NCBI RefSeq assembly: GCF_018350175.1
Contig: NC_058383.1
Span: forward strand, 14,448,001 to 14,512,000
Length of the DNA stretch: 64,000 nt
DNA from: Felis catus
Lineage: Eukaryota
Reading direction: 5' to 3'
A program made the position numbers and the translations under genes. How positions within the stretch are numbered: the first letter of the stretch is position 1; the number at the start of each line of letters is the position of its first letter. A model generated the notes under the pieces. It was not told the origin of the DNA and searched no databases. It worked only from the letters and a program-made list of their open reading frames with translations. Below are positions 1 to 10,570 of the stretch, one piece after another.

Positions 1-53
1 ATGGGCCACAGATCAACAGAGTCTCTGGTTTCTAGCACCTTCTTTCCCCTCTA

Positions 54-93
54 CCCCTGGAGCCTGCTCTTCCCCTGGAGCCTGCTCTTCCCC
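54..93. repeat. 18-bp tandem duplication
   Basis: cccctggagcctgctctt at 54-71 and 72-89. Confidence 0.9.
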
Positions 94-1067
94 CTCCAGT
101 GGCCTCGCTCACCAGTGATAACAAGGGTGCCGTCACTGCAACCACGAAATGTTTTTACTAAGAACCCATTACCGAAAAATCGTGTTTGCTTGCTCACTAG
201 GACGGTACCTACAGAAGTCCTCAGGACTTCGCCTAACATAAAAAATTCATTTTTTTTTTTTAGAAAGAAAGACATGTGCTTTGAAGGGCGGGTAGGATTT
301 GGATGGATGGAGGTGGTCCCAGGGAGGGCAGTTCAGAAGAAGGGACACACCGTCTGAACAACGAACAGCCCAGAGTCGCCAGGCCGTTGCATCTGTGGGG
401 CATGTGGCTGGGACGGTACCGAGGAGGACTTGGGAGCGAAGGATGAGCCCGCCCTCAGCCGAGGAGAGAATAGGGAGCCAATGAAGGGGTGTGGTGGTGG
501 GGGGGAAATACCTACAACCCAGACGGACCCATTGGCCCTTACGAGGAGAGGAAGTGTGGACGCTGAGAAGGCTTTGCATTTGGCGGACATTCTCCCTTCC
601 GCCTCCCTCTCAGCTGGAACCGTTGTATGTGTTGCACATCTTCTGTGCGACAGCAACAATAAAAGTGATTATTTTTAATTTCTGTTCTTCTCCTCTGTAA
701 TAGAGCTATTAGACTTTGGCAGATCCCTTAATATGATTATCATTTTTGAATGATTCTGAATGGAAATGTTTGCACTAATGGTGGTAATCACAGTCGAGTC
801 TGAAGAACTTCACGTTCCGGGATCCCGTCCGCCCCGAAGCGCAGTCGGCTGTGGCCGGCAAGGCCGGGCAGGTGGCGAGGAGACCAGAGGGGAAGCGGGG
901 CAAAGTTTGCCTCTTGGTTCTCGGTGGAAGGCCGGGTCTGGCTAAGCCTGCCACCCCTGGGGCAGCTCCCAGGTGGGGCTGGAAGATGGCCTGCTATAGC
1001 GAAGACCTGCTTGTTCCCGGGCGGAGCCCCAGCGGCTCGTCAGCGGCCAGGCGGTTCCAGAATTCAA

Positions 1068-1121
1068 TTTTTTTTTAACTTTTTTCCTTTAATGTTTATT
1101 TATTTTTGACGTGGGGGGAGG

Positions 1122-1157
<36 letters not shown>

Positions 1158-1291
1158 CACAGAATCCAAAGCAGGCTCCAGGCTCTGAGCTGTCGGCACA
1201 GAGCCCGACGTGGGGCTCGAACCCACAAACCGTGAGATCGTGACCTGCGCCGAAGTCGGACGCTTAACTGGCTGAGCCACCCAGGCGCCCC
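1068..1291 (-). mobile_element. Can-SINE (feline type)
   Basis: Reverse of the GGGGCGCCTGGGTGGCTCAG head, (AG)n and poly-T. TSD-like gttccagaa(t/c)tcaa at 1054-1067 and 1297-1310. Confidence 0.95.
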
Positions 1292-2243
1292 GGGTTGTTC
1301 CAGAACTCAAAGCAGTTGTCCCGCTGACCTCACCAGCAATGCCGGCCTGCCTGGCGGGGGGGTGGGGAGACCCAGTTCGATGTTGGCCACCTGCCGGGAG
1401 TCCTGCGCTGCCCCCAGCACTGTGGTCTTTGCTTCGCGGAGGCCGCCTCTGGTTCCGGCCTCCCTCGTCCACTGTCCTGTCAGGGGACACCTCGCGAGAG
1501 AGCCGAGACATGGAATGGCGTGCTCTCTCTTCTTGACACACCAGCAGGTTTGTCACCGTGACCTTTCGGGGACCTTTCCACATGCTGCCACCAACGATAA
1601 CGGTCACATATTTGTTCCACGTCTGCATTTCCTTAGGGCCGGTCACCTTGCCTTTCACCTTCAGCTCCTGACAGCCACCCAGGATGCATACAGAGGCCTG
1701 CTTTCCCGTGGCCATGGGCCCTGGCGCCACCCTGGCCCGGTTTCAGCGAGGAGGCCCTAAGGGACCTCTCAGTTCTGCTGCGAAGGATCCTGGGGCTTCT
1801 GGTAGCGAACCTAGCCGAATGTGCTGAACAGAGCTGTGACCAGCAGAGAGGGGCCCCGGAGCGGCTCATACGGTGAATTCCCTCCTTGCCACCACGCGTG
1901 AATAATCTCATCCAGATAAAGCCAGTTACACTAAAATATCATGCCGCTTGACAGGGAAAAATGTTTCCCAGAGGGCAATGCGAGAGGGATCTGGAGGGAA
2001 CGAGCAGCCCGTCTACCTTCCATGACAGCGAACGTTTCGGGCTTTGACGCCCTCCCTCCCCCACTCCTTCCTCCACGTAGCTTCCTCCTTCTCTCAGTCT
2101 TCTCCGTTCTGCGCCCCTCCCTGTCAGCCCCAGCTGTGGCACACGCCCCTGCTGTCCTCGGCTTCCGGTCCAGGTAAGCAAGCCAGCATGTCCCAGAGAT
2201 GTCACGGAGCCCTTCCCCAGCAGGGGCGGCTCAGCTCTGTTAG

Positions 2244-2320
2244 ATTCATTCGTTTATTCGACAGTAGACAGCGGGCACCTGCTCTGTGCCAGCAAGGGCA
2301 GTAGGTCCTGGGAACAAACA
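2244..2320 (-). mobile_element. L2 3' end fragment
   Basis: attcattcgtttattcgacag...gcacctgctctgtgccag resembles the reverse of the L2 tail. Confidence 0.55.
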
Positions 2321-2369
2321 AATTAGAGGGACAACTTGATGGCTCTGGGGGAGATGGCCCCACGGGATA

Positions 2370-2775
2370 GGTCTGCTGGCACCAACACAAATTCCTAAGT
2401 CCCTTCTCTGTAAACCTGGTTCCATGATCCTGGGCCGCACTCAGGGATCTGCATTTTCTTTCTTGCTTTCTTTCCGTCCGTCTGTCTCTCTTTTTTTTTA
2501 ATGTTTATTTATTTTTGCAAGAGAGAGAGAAAGAGAGCGTGTGAGTGCAGCAGGGGAGGTGGGGAGAGGGGTGGACAGAGGATCTGAAAGTGGGCTCCAT
2601 GCTGATAGCACAGAGCCTGACTCGGGGCTCGAACTCACGAACCGTGAGATTGTGACCTGAGCCTAACTCAGACGCTCAACAGACTGAGGTACCCAGGTTC
2701 CCTAAGAATCTGCATTTATCTAAAGAGCCGTCCTGGTGATGCTGGTGCCCCTGGGCCTGTCTCAGAGAAACAGTC
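2370..2775. mobile_element. Degraded MER5-like hAT element split by a Can-SINE (about 2490-2702, minus)
   Basis: atctgcattt is duplicated on both sides of the SINE. The right flank cctggtgatgctggtg...gagaaacagt resembles the MER5 end. Confidence 0.65.
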
Positions 2776-4161
2776 TTTCGCCCATGGGGTTGTGCCCAGA
2801 GCCACCCGTCCAAGCGAGTCTGTTGACTGACTGTGCCATCTGATGTCGGCTGCCTTGCTTGCCCTCGAGGGGTTAGAAAGCACAGCATCTTGGAGCAGGA
2901 GTTCATTACACGTGTCTGTGAAGGTTGGGAACTTGGCGATGCTGAGCATGGGCTTTGGGGAGATTGCCTTAGCATACCCGAATTTCTTGATGTGCTCAGC
3001 ACTTGCTCTCAAAATTGAGGTGGCCCGGGTGCTGCCTCATGTTCCCCCTCCTCTGCAGACCCCTGCACTTGGCTGCACTTCTCCAAGTTGCTGGCATTTC
3101 TCTATCACTGGGGGGGGGGGGACCCTGGCTTTTAGCTCTCCCGGAATGACTCTCCCCTGCAGTTTGCCCCTCCTGGCTGTGTGATAACACATCCTCCACC
3201 CCCCTGCCTCCCCCCGCCCCCGATGGTAAGTAGGAGGAGACAGCCCATGTTATCATCACTGGTTGCAAAGAACGGAAAACTATCTAACACGGTTTGAGTC
3301 AAGGAGGTAGAACAGAGTGATGGGGGGGGGTCTCACATGACCCAGGGGCATCGAGCAGAGCCCGGGCCTGTCAGCTGATGGGAGGCCAAAGTCATTAGGC
3401 AGTCCCTCGCCAGGGCCTCACACCCCCACCGGACGTCTATGTCCTACCTCCGCACAGTCGTGCACTTACGCGGGGGCCCCTGCCGCTGCCCCAAAGTGAC
3501 ACCCTGAGTCCTACAGACGAACGAGACCAGCAACCTCCTGATTCCAAGTCTCAGGAATACCGTGATTCGGTGGACCCAGTTTGGGGTTTGGTGCGCATTC
3601 CCGGTTTAGGTCACTGAGCTCGGGGAGGGTGCGCCCGCATAGTGCTTTTCCATTCTGGGGGGGGGGGCGGTCAGCTGCCTCTCTCTGCGGGGCGCGGGGC
3701 TGGGAGAAAATGAGCAAGTGACGTGCTTCCTTTCCCTGGTGTAGCGGGCATGGCAGAGGGTGGCGTCCCATATATAGAGGTGTGATTGGCATATGATTTG
3801 TGGAGACAACATTATGGATGGGCCTCACGATGAGAGGGCAAAGGAACGGCATTCACGGAGCCCCTCCTGTATGCCGACTGTATCTCTTTTCATAGCAGTA
3901 CTCTGTAGGGACTTCTCTGGGGCCCAGAGCACTCCGTTAACATCCCGCAAGTACGGTTTCCAGTGGGGTGGTGCCGACATTCACACCAGGCTGATCAACT
4001 CCGAGCACTGATTTTTCCAGTGTTCCAGCAAAAAATGTTTGCTTAATAAATGGCTGTAATGAAAAGAGTAACAACCGAGGGATGTTCCATGGAGTCAGAG
4101 GTCTGGACATTAAGGTGAGAGTCAGGTTCAAAACCAGGAGCCACTGAAGATCTGACATTGA

Positions 4162-4388
4162 GGGGCGCCTGGGTGGCGCAGTCGGTTAAGCGCCCGACTT
4201 CAGCCAGGTCACGATCTCGCGGTCCGTGAGTTCGAGCCCCGCGTCAGGCTCTGGGCTGATGGCTCAGAGCCTGGAGCCTGTTTCCGATTCTGTGTCTCCC
4301 TCTCTCTCTGCCCCTCCCCCGTTCATGCTCTGTCTCTCTCTGTCCCAAAAGTAAATAAACGTTGAAAAAAAAATTAAAAAAAAAAAAA
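4162..4388 (+). mobile_element. Young Can-SINE
   Basis: CpGs intact, long A tail, perfect 15-bp TSD aagatctgacattga (4147-4161, 4389-4403). Confidence 0.97.
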
Positions 4389-4589
4389 AAGATCTGACAT
4401 TGAGGTTTATGGTTCGGCTCAAGAGAATTCCATCGAATTAATACTTCCTGGTGGCCCCAGTGGGGTTTCACCTGCCTGCCTGTCTCTTTTCTCGAGGAAA
4501 GCATCTCAACAGCATCTCTGGCCTTTGACAGTGTGGGCGTTTGCCGGCTCCTCTCCGAAGACTTTTCTGGAGAGTACAGTGCAGCAGAA

Positions 4590-4800
4590 GGGCCACGGTC
4601 AAGGACTTTGAAGTTTGATGGGTCCTCAGCCCTACCCTGTGACTCAGGTCACCAAATACCCACGGGCCTCAGCTCTTCCGTGGCGATGGCCCCACCTTCT
4701 TCCCAGGGCTGTGGAGGTTTTTAAACGAGACGGTGCCTGAAGAGAGGGCTTTGCCCTTGTGCTTGAGGCTCCTTAATTGCTTAATAAATGGCTGTGATGA
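4590..4800 (+). mobile_element. MIR (degraded)
   Basis: ctgtgactcagg...gggcctcagctcttcc...cagggctgtggagg...gcttaataaatgg follows the MIR core and tail. Confidence 0.55.
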
Positions 4801-4861
4801 AAATAGTAACATTAATCATAGTACGTAATGTTATTAGTATATAACAATATTAATTTGTTAT

Positions 4862-4978
4862 TGGACTTAGAGTTGCTTGAACACGGGAAGTATGTTGTGT
4901 CTTTCTCTCCCTGCTACAGCACTGGTAAGAGGCCTTAGATATGGTAGGTGGGAGAAAATATTTGCTGAATGCATTTAT
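4862..4978 (+). mobile_element. L2 3' end fragment
   Basis: tggtaggtgggagaaaatatttgctgaatg resembles the L2 terminus. Confidence 0.5.
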
Positions 4979-5783
4979 TATACGGGGTACCCATAAAGTC
5001 TGGAAGCAGAGGCGAAAGGGCAGAGTCCGGGATCGGCTGGTATGACCCCGCAGTACACGATGTAATACTATATAATACCAGACAATATGTAATGTATATC
5101 GGCATGCTCTCTGTCCTTAGAAAGCGTGGTTCTGTGCTTCATGGGGAATTGCAGCGAACGTGGTAGATTAATACCGCAATCCTGTCAATTCCGCACATAC
5201 GTCCTTGATATTTTGCTTCAGACGGTGTCTGTCTCTGATTTTCGGTGAGCCAACTCGTGCCTTTGGCCTGCCCTGGAAGACAGAATGAAGGGGATCAATA
5301 GATACAAAAATAAAGACTGAGTCTTTGTTTCCGGACTTGATGGTCACGGGCCACCCTGCCGATCCTTTTCGTCTTTCCTGCTGGGCATCCCCTTCTCAGC
5401 GGGCGGAGGCGGTCTCTCTGTGGGCACCAGTGGCCTCCCGGATGAGTCTTCTCCCTTCTCGTTCCTCACCTCTGAGCTTCTCCGCAGCTGCCCAGGGATG
5501 CGCATCCCATCACATGGCTGTTGCCAGACATACCGTGAGAATCGTTCCCGTGTTTGCAGACCCCACGTGTCATGGGAGCCCATCCTGTGCAAGCCACCCA
5601 GAAGCTCGGTTGTCGCTAGGTGGTTTGGGTCCCCGAGTTGGTCTGAAGCTCAAACAGAGCTTTATGCAAAGAGGGTGTGTGGGAATCGAGGATTTCAGGG
5701 AAGCTACTTGATCTGCCGGAGTGAAATCCAGCACCTGTTGTGATGGCTTCTGGTTTTGTCACCTGAGTGGCTTCAGCTCCCCC

Positions 5784-6328
5784 TTTTTTCTTCATAGAGA
5801 CGTAATTACCATATAACGCTGTGTAAAGTGTACATGTTGACTTGATACATTTATACGTTGCAGTATATTATATATTGCATATAATATTATATATTGCATT
5901 ATATATTGCATATATATTGCAATATTATATATTGCAATATGATTACCACCACAGCATTAGCCAACCCCTCTGTCACCTCACGTAATTATCATTTCACTTT
6001 GTGGTGAAAACATGGAAGATCTAATCTCTTAGCATCTTTGAAGTATATGGTACAGTATGCTTGACTATAATCACAATGCTGTGCATTCGATCTCCAGAAC
6101 ATACTCATCTTGCGAGTTTAGACCCTTTGACCAGCATATCCCCCACCCCACCCCCAGCCCCTGGCAACTACCATTCTACTCTTGGTTCCTCTGAGTCCAC
6201 ACATAAGAGACAACCTATGGTGTTTGCCTTTCTCTGTCTGACTTCTCTCACTTAGCGTGATGCCCTCAAGGTCCACCCGTGTTGTTGCAAATGGCGGCAT
6301 TTCCCGCTTTCCCATGGCCGAATGATAC
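5784..6328 (-). mobile_element. 5'-truncated old L1 (L1MA9-like) 3' end
   Basis: Minus translation KREMPPFATTRVDLEGITLSERSQTEK resembles the L1 3' region, followed by an L1MA-type 3' UTR. Confidence 0.85.
5863..5940. repeat. AT-rich minisatellite (tatattgca variants) inside the L1
   Basis: Five copies of atattgca separated by AT spacers. Confidence 0.85.
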
Positions 6329-6331
6329 GTC

Positions 6332-6363
6332 GGCTGACTGTGACTTCGTTCTCTCTCCTGCAG
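6332..6363 (+). promoter_or_regulatory. Branch point, polypyrimidine tract and 3' splice site of the GALNT17 exon
   Basis: ggCTGAC (A at 6337, 27 nt before the exon), then cttcgttctctctcctgcag. Confidence 0.7.
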
Positions 6364-6481
6364 GACACCAGCCATGATTGGCTGCTCCTTCGTGGTCAAC
6401 AGGAAGTTCTTTGGTGAAATCGGTCTCCTTGACCCTGGCATGGATGTGTATGGAGGAGAAAATATCGAACTTGGAATCAAG
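6364..6481 (+). CDS. GALNT17: Internal coding exon (118 nt, probably exon 6) of polypeptide N-acetylgalactosaminyltransferase 17
   Basis: Acceptor ttctctctcctgcag (AG 6362-6363) and donor AAG/gtttgt (GT 6482-6483). One base plus 39 codons read TPAMIGCSFVVNRKFFGEIGLLDPGMDVYGGENIELGIK. YGGEN (rather than WGGEN) marks the Y-subfamily of GalNAc-Ts. VNRKFFGE and MDVYGGENIELGIK match GALNT17 as I recall it rather than GALNT9 (VDREYFGD). The exon number is recalled from the human gene. Confidence 0.95.
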
Positions 6482-6986
6482 GTTTGTGCATGGCATCCTT
6501 TCCCCCTGGTTTATTCGTGTTTGTGAGCACCGCCACCTGATCGTCCTTCGTGTGTGTTTTAAAGCTCCTTTAGCTGGTGAGTGGCAGGATCGTTCACCCA
6601 TCCCCCGCTCCTGAGGATGTGCCAGCCCGTCTGTCCCAGGGGGAACGTGGGGAACCCTGGGCTTTCCCTTCTCCAAAGGTTGAACGATGTGTTTCACGCC
6701 TTGGTGACCCAGCTTGGACCTGAGCCGCAGAATTCGGTCCTCACATCCACCCAGTTTTGAGTCTTCCGTTAAATGTTTCTTAAATTCAACTGTCTCCTTA
6801 AGTCGTATCCTATCGTATACATGTCGATGATTCAGGTACCTCATGAAATCATAAGATGCCAAAAGAGAGAAGGACCATGTTCTGTGGGACCCTTCTTTTC
6901 CTTAGAAATGCTTCTAAGGGGGAGGTTAGGGAAGGGTAATGATAGAACATTACCCAGATCAGTTCACTGTTAAGATATTTTGGGTA

Positions 6987-7326
6987 CAGTTGACCCTCCA
7001 ACAACGTGGGTTTGAGTTGCATGGGTTCACTTACATGCAGACTTTTGTCGATAAATACAGTACAGTGTTGTAAATGTATTTTCTCTGCCTTAGGAGTTTC
7101 TTAATCAGGTTTTTTTCCCCTCTGGCTTCCTTTGTTGTAAGAATACGGTATATAATACACATAACACAAAATATGTGTTAATCGGCTGTGTACATTATTG
7201 GTAAGGCTTCCGCTCAGCAGTAGGCTGTGAGTAGTTAAGTTTCTGGAAAGTCAGGGCTTGTACATGGATTTTCAACTGCACGCAGGTGGGTGGTCAGTGC
7301 CCTGAACCCCTGTGTTGGGTCAGTTG
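6987..7326. mobile_element. Tigger2a/MER28-like TcMar non-autonomous element
   Basis: TA-cagttgaccc...gggtcagttg-TA gives terminal inverted repeats with a TA TSD. Internal sequence fits the recalled Tigger2 consensus. Confidence 0.85.
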
Positions 7327-8214
7327 TACTGTGTTTTGCTCAAGATTTTCTTTGAAAAGCAAATTCCAGTGTAGAAAAAATAAAAGTTGAACACACTGAT
7401 GCATTCTGACCTCTTTGTTTTAGAGTGAAGTCAAATGAAGCCCAGCCAGGGGTTTGGCTTGGGTGGCTCCTTGAGGACCCAGTAACCACTGAACTGGTAT
7501 GTCTTCCTCCATACCACAAAGAGCAGGTGGTCTTTGTGTCCCTAGCTGGAGCCTCTGTGCCCACTGTCCTTTGTCCTGACCCTTTTCATGCCTGAGCCCC
7601 TGAGAATCAGGATTGTTGGAAACAGCTCAGGACACAATACGAAGTTTTTAAATATATTGACTTTCCTTTGCTTTCCTCTTCTGCATCCCCGTTTTTGTTC
7701 TACCAGGCGGACACTCAGTCTGGATCCCCTACCCTCCTCAAAGCCTGCTCTCTATTTGACTCTCTCATCCCTCACTGCCCAATACCTTCCACCAGCCCCT
7801 CGTCTGTACTGGATCCCCCTTTGTGGGACGAAAGGCGTCATGCCCTCATGATGTAATGACCTCCTGGGATACATGAGTGAAAGGGGATGGTGAGGACGTT
7901 CCCTGGATCCTAAAATCGCTCCCTTTTGGAGACTGCAGACTCTTCCTGTGCTGTCAATGTCAGGCTGGGTTCTTTCCTCGATGGAATTTGCATAGGATTT
8001 CTTTGTAAAGCCCAGCAATTAAAACGCCTATGAATATGATATTATAGCGAATACATTTGTCATTCATCCGTTTGGAATTTAATTGAAGGGAAAGATCTGG
8101 ACCCAGCACGATGAACTTGGCCTGTGACTCAAACCTCTACCCGTCCTGTTCCCGTCCATTTCTCCTTGTTCTGTTCTGCTGCTTTGTTTTTTCTTTTCCT
8201 TTCTTTTTTGTTTT

Positions 8215-8410
8215 AAAGTTCTCACTGACCTGTAGCCTGCCATAGAATTTACTTACTTATTAGGAGTGTTGGTTTTCGTCGACCTTGCCCTCAGTAGATT
8301 GCCCTTTACGGGGCCCCGATCTTTGCTGTTTTCACCTTTGTGTTCCATGCATGTAGAACCATGCTTAACACATGGCCCGGTAGGTGTCTCTTAGGTTAAT
8401 GCTTGAATGT
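8215..8410 (+). mobile_element. L2 3' fragment
   Basis: atttacttacttatt...tagaaccatgcttaacacat...gtaggtgtctc...gcttgaatg. Confidence 0.55.
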
Positions 8411-9287
8411 CTGTTAGGAATCTGTGATAACTCGTTCCAGGTACCTATCTGCAAAGGAAGTGAGCTGATGGAAGCCCTGCCTTGAAAAAGTTAACCTTTT
8501 TTTTTTGTTTTTAATTTTATTTTTATGATAAGAGAGATTTGAATGTCTCTATACGCTGTTAGAAGGAAGCCGGTGAAGGGTGAGACATCACCAAGAGAGG
8601 GGAGAACCAGATGATGGGGGGGGGGGGGGGAAACACTGCCCCTATGTGACCAGGCACATAGGTAGAGGACTTATGGGGACAGGAGGGACTCCCGGATTGA
8701 TTGCCACTACCTGCTGTGTTCTGGGGGAAACAGAGGCTGTGACAGCAGAATTCAGGGCTAAGGCTTGCTAAGACGTTGGTCTCCCCACGTTTGCAAAAGT
8801 ATTTGCTTTGCAGTGACTTGGACCTTGCAAAGGGCAGCGTGGGGGGCTCTGCCGGGCTCCGTGGAGATGGTGGTCCTGTGTGGCTGGCCCCAGCCATGAA
8901 GGGGGCAGGGGGTGTGTTGGCTTCCACCCCAAAGCACAGCCCAGGACACCAAAGCCGGCTGTACCACCATCCCAGGGGCCGGTGGGTCCTACTCTGCACG
9001 CTCCCCAGGAACAGGCTAGAGTGAACGGCCCATGGAGTCTGCTCCCAGTCCTGGCTTCCCTATGGTTCAGCTCCTGGCTGTTCTCTGTACGTCTTCATGA
9101 GCACTTCAGATGGATCGAGGCATGGATGCCACCCTCCTGTGCACTTACATGCCGCTTACTGTATACCCAGGCATATCCAGCATCCACGCTGGAGGTGTGG
9201 GATTGTTTATGCCGTATTCCCGTAGATTACGTTGTCCTGCCAGTTGTGAGCTGACTCCACAGAAGCCTTGGTTTTCTGCCAGTTCTC

Positions 9288-9503
9288 TTTTTTTATGTTT
9301 ATTTATTTTTGAGAGAGAGAGAGAGACAGAGTGCGAGTCTGGGGGGGGGGGGGCAGAGAGAGAGGGAGACACAGGATCCAGAGGAGGCTCCAGGCTCCGA
9401 GCTGTCAGCCCAGAGCCCGACGCGGGGCTCGAACTCACGAACCGCGAGATCATGGCCTGAGCCGAAGTCGGACGCTTAACCGACTCAGCCACCCAGGTGC
9501 CCC
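9288..9503 (-). mobile_element. Can-SINE inserted at the tail of the next SINE
   Basis: Full head and body, with cca(g/a)ttc+T-run on both sides. Confidence 0.95.
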
Positions 9504-9514
9504 CCCACCAATTC

Positions 9515-9716
9515 TTTTTTTTAAGTTTATTTATTTATTTTGAGAGAGAAAAAAAAGCACGAGTGGGGGAGGGGCAGAGAGAGAGGGAGAGAGAGAATCC
9601 CAGACGGGCCCCGTGCTGTCAGCACAGAGCCCAATGCAGGGCTCAGTCCCACGAACTGTGAGAGCATGACCTGAGTAGAAGTCGGACACTTAACCCACCG
9701 AGCCACCCAGGCGCCC
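9515..9716 (-). mobile_element. Can-SINE (older)
   Basis: TSD tggttttctgcc at 9269-9280 and 9717-9728 encloses both SINEs. Confidence 0.95.
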
Positions 9717-9817
9717 TGGTTTTCTGCCGATCCTTAAACCAGGAGTCGAGTGCTGTTGGTGCCATAAAGACCAAGACCTGGGTTCAAGGTCCACGTAGTT
9801 ACTGTCTATGTGGTACT

Positions 9818-10004
9818 CTGTGGCTCTCAGGGTGTGGTCCCCGACAAGCAACATCGACCTCATCTGGGGACTTGTTACAGATGCAGATTACCAGGCCCCA
9901 TTTCGCACCCGCCGAATCAGACACCCTGAGGTGTGGCTCAGCAACCTGCCTGGCGACAAACCATCCAGGTGATTCTGTTACACACCCAAGTTTGAGAGCC
10001 GCTG
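9818..10004. mobile_element. MER5A-like hAT-Charlie element, near full length
   Basis: ctgtggctctcagggtgtggtcccc...ccaggtgattctg...aagtttgagagccgctg. Confidence 0.85.
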
Positions 10005-10351
10005 GTCTACATCACGGCCTCAGCCAGCTTCCTGGTTAAACACATGCCTTTTCTCGGAAAGTAGCTCGGGTGAGGGTCCACACCTTTCAAGGCTGGGTGC
10101 CCCTCGTGGCCACTGCAGGCCCTCAGGGCGCCCTTCCCCCTCCCCTCACCCCCAGCCCACCTGAGCTGTCAGCACCTTAAGTCGTCCTTAACTTCAAGGG
10201 CAGGTGTCTGGACCAGGTGACTATAAGGTTCTTGAGGACAGGGCTCCCTTTTACATGAGGTCATCGATGTAATCTATTTTACAAACTCTGTTCATATTCT
10301 TGCATTTTGTGCTATTTCATGCTGTTAAGAACACAAATTAGATGACAAAAA

Positions 10352-10570
10352 GGGGCACCTGGGTGGCTCCGTTGGTTGAGCATCTGACTCTTGGTTTCAG
10401 CTCAGGTCATGATCTCATGAATCAGGAGCCCCACGTTGGGCTCTGCACTGACAGCTTGGAGCCTGCTTGGGATTCTGTCTCTCCCTCTCTCTCTCCCTGC
10501 CCCTCCCCGGCTTGCACTATGGCATTCTCTCTCTCTGTCTCTCTCTCTCAAAATAAATAAACATTTAAAA
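10352..10570 (+). mobile_element. Can-SINE (older)
   Basis: ggggcacctgggtggctc head, CT tract, aataaataaa tail and a degraded TSD. Confidence 0.93.

Larger units (their letters stand above)
1..6363 (+). other. GALNT17: GALNT17 intron upstream of the exon (3' part)
   Basis: The exon is internal (starts mid-codon) and I recognise no upstream GALNT17 coding sequence in the window. Confidence 0.85.

Noticed and set aside
1089..1730. 213-aa ORF and the many similar ORFs containing GAWVAQ/GAPGWRSRLSVRLQPGHDL
   Set aside because: These are translations of Can-SINEs, not genes.
6266..6862. 198-aa minus-strand ORF overlapping the exon
   Set aside because: Antisense shadow of the exon running into L1 sequence, with no recognisable protein.
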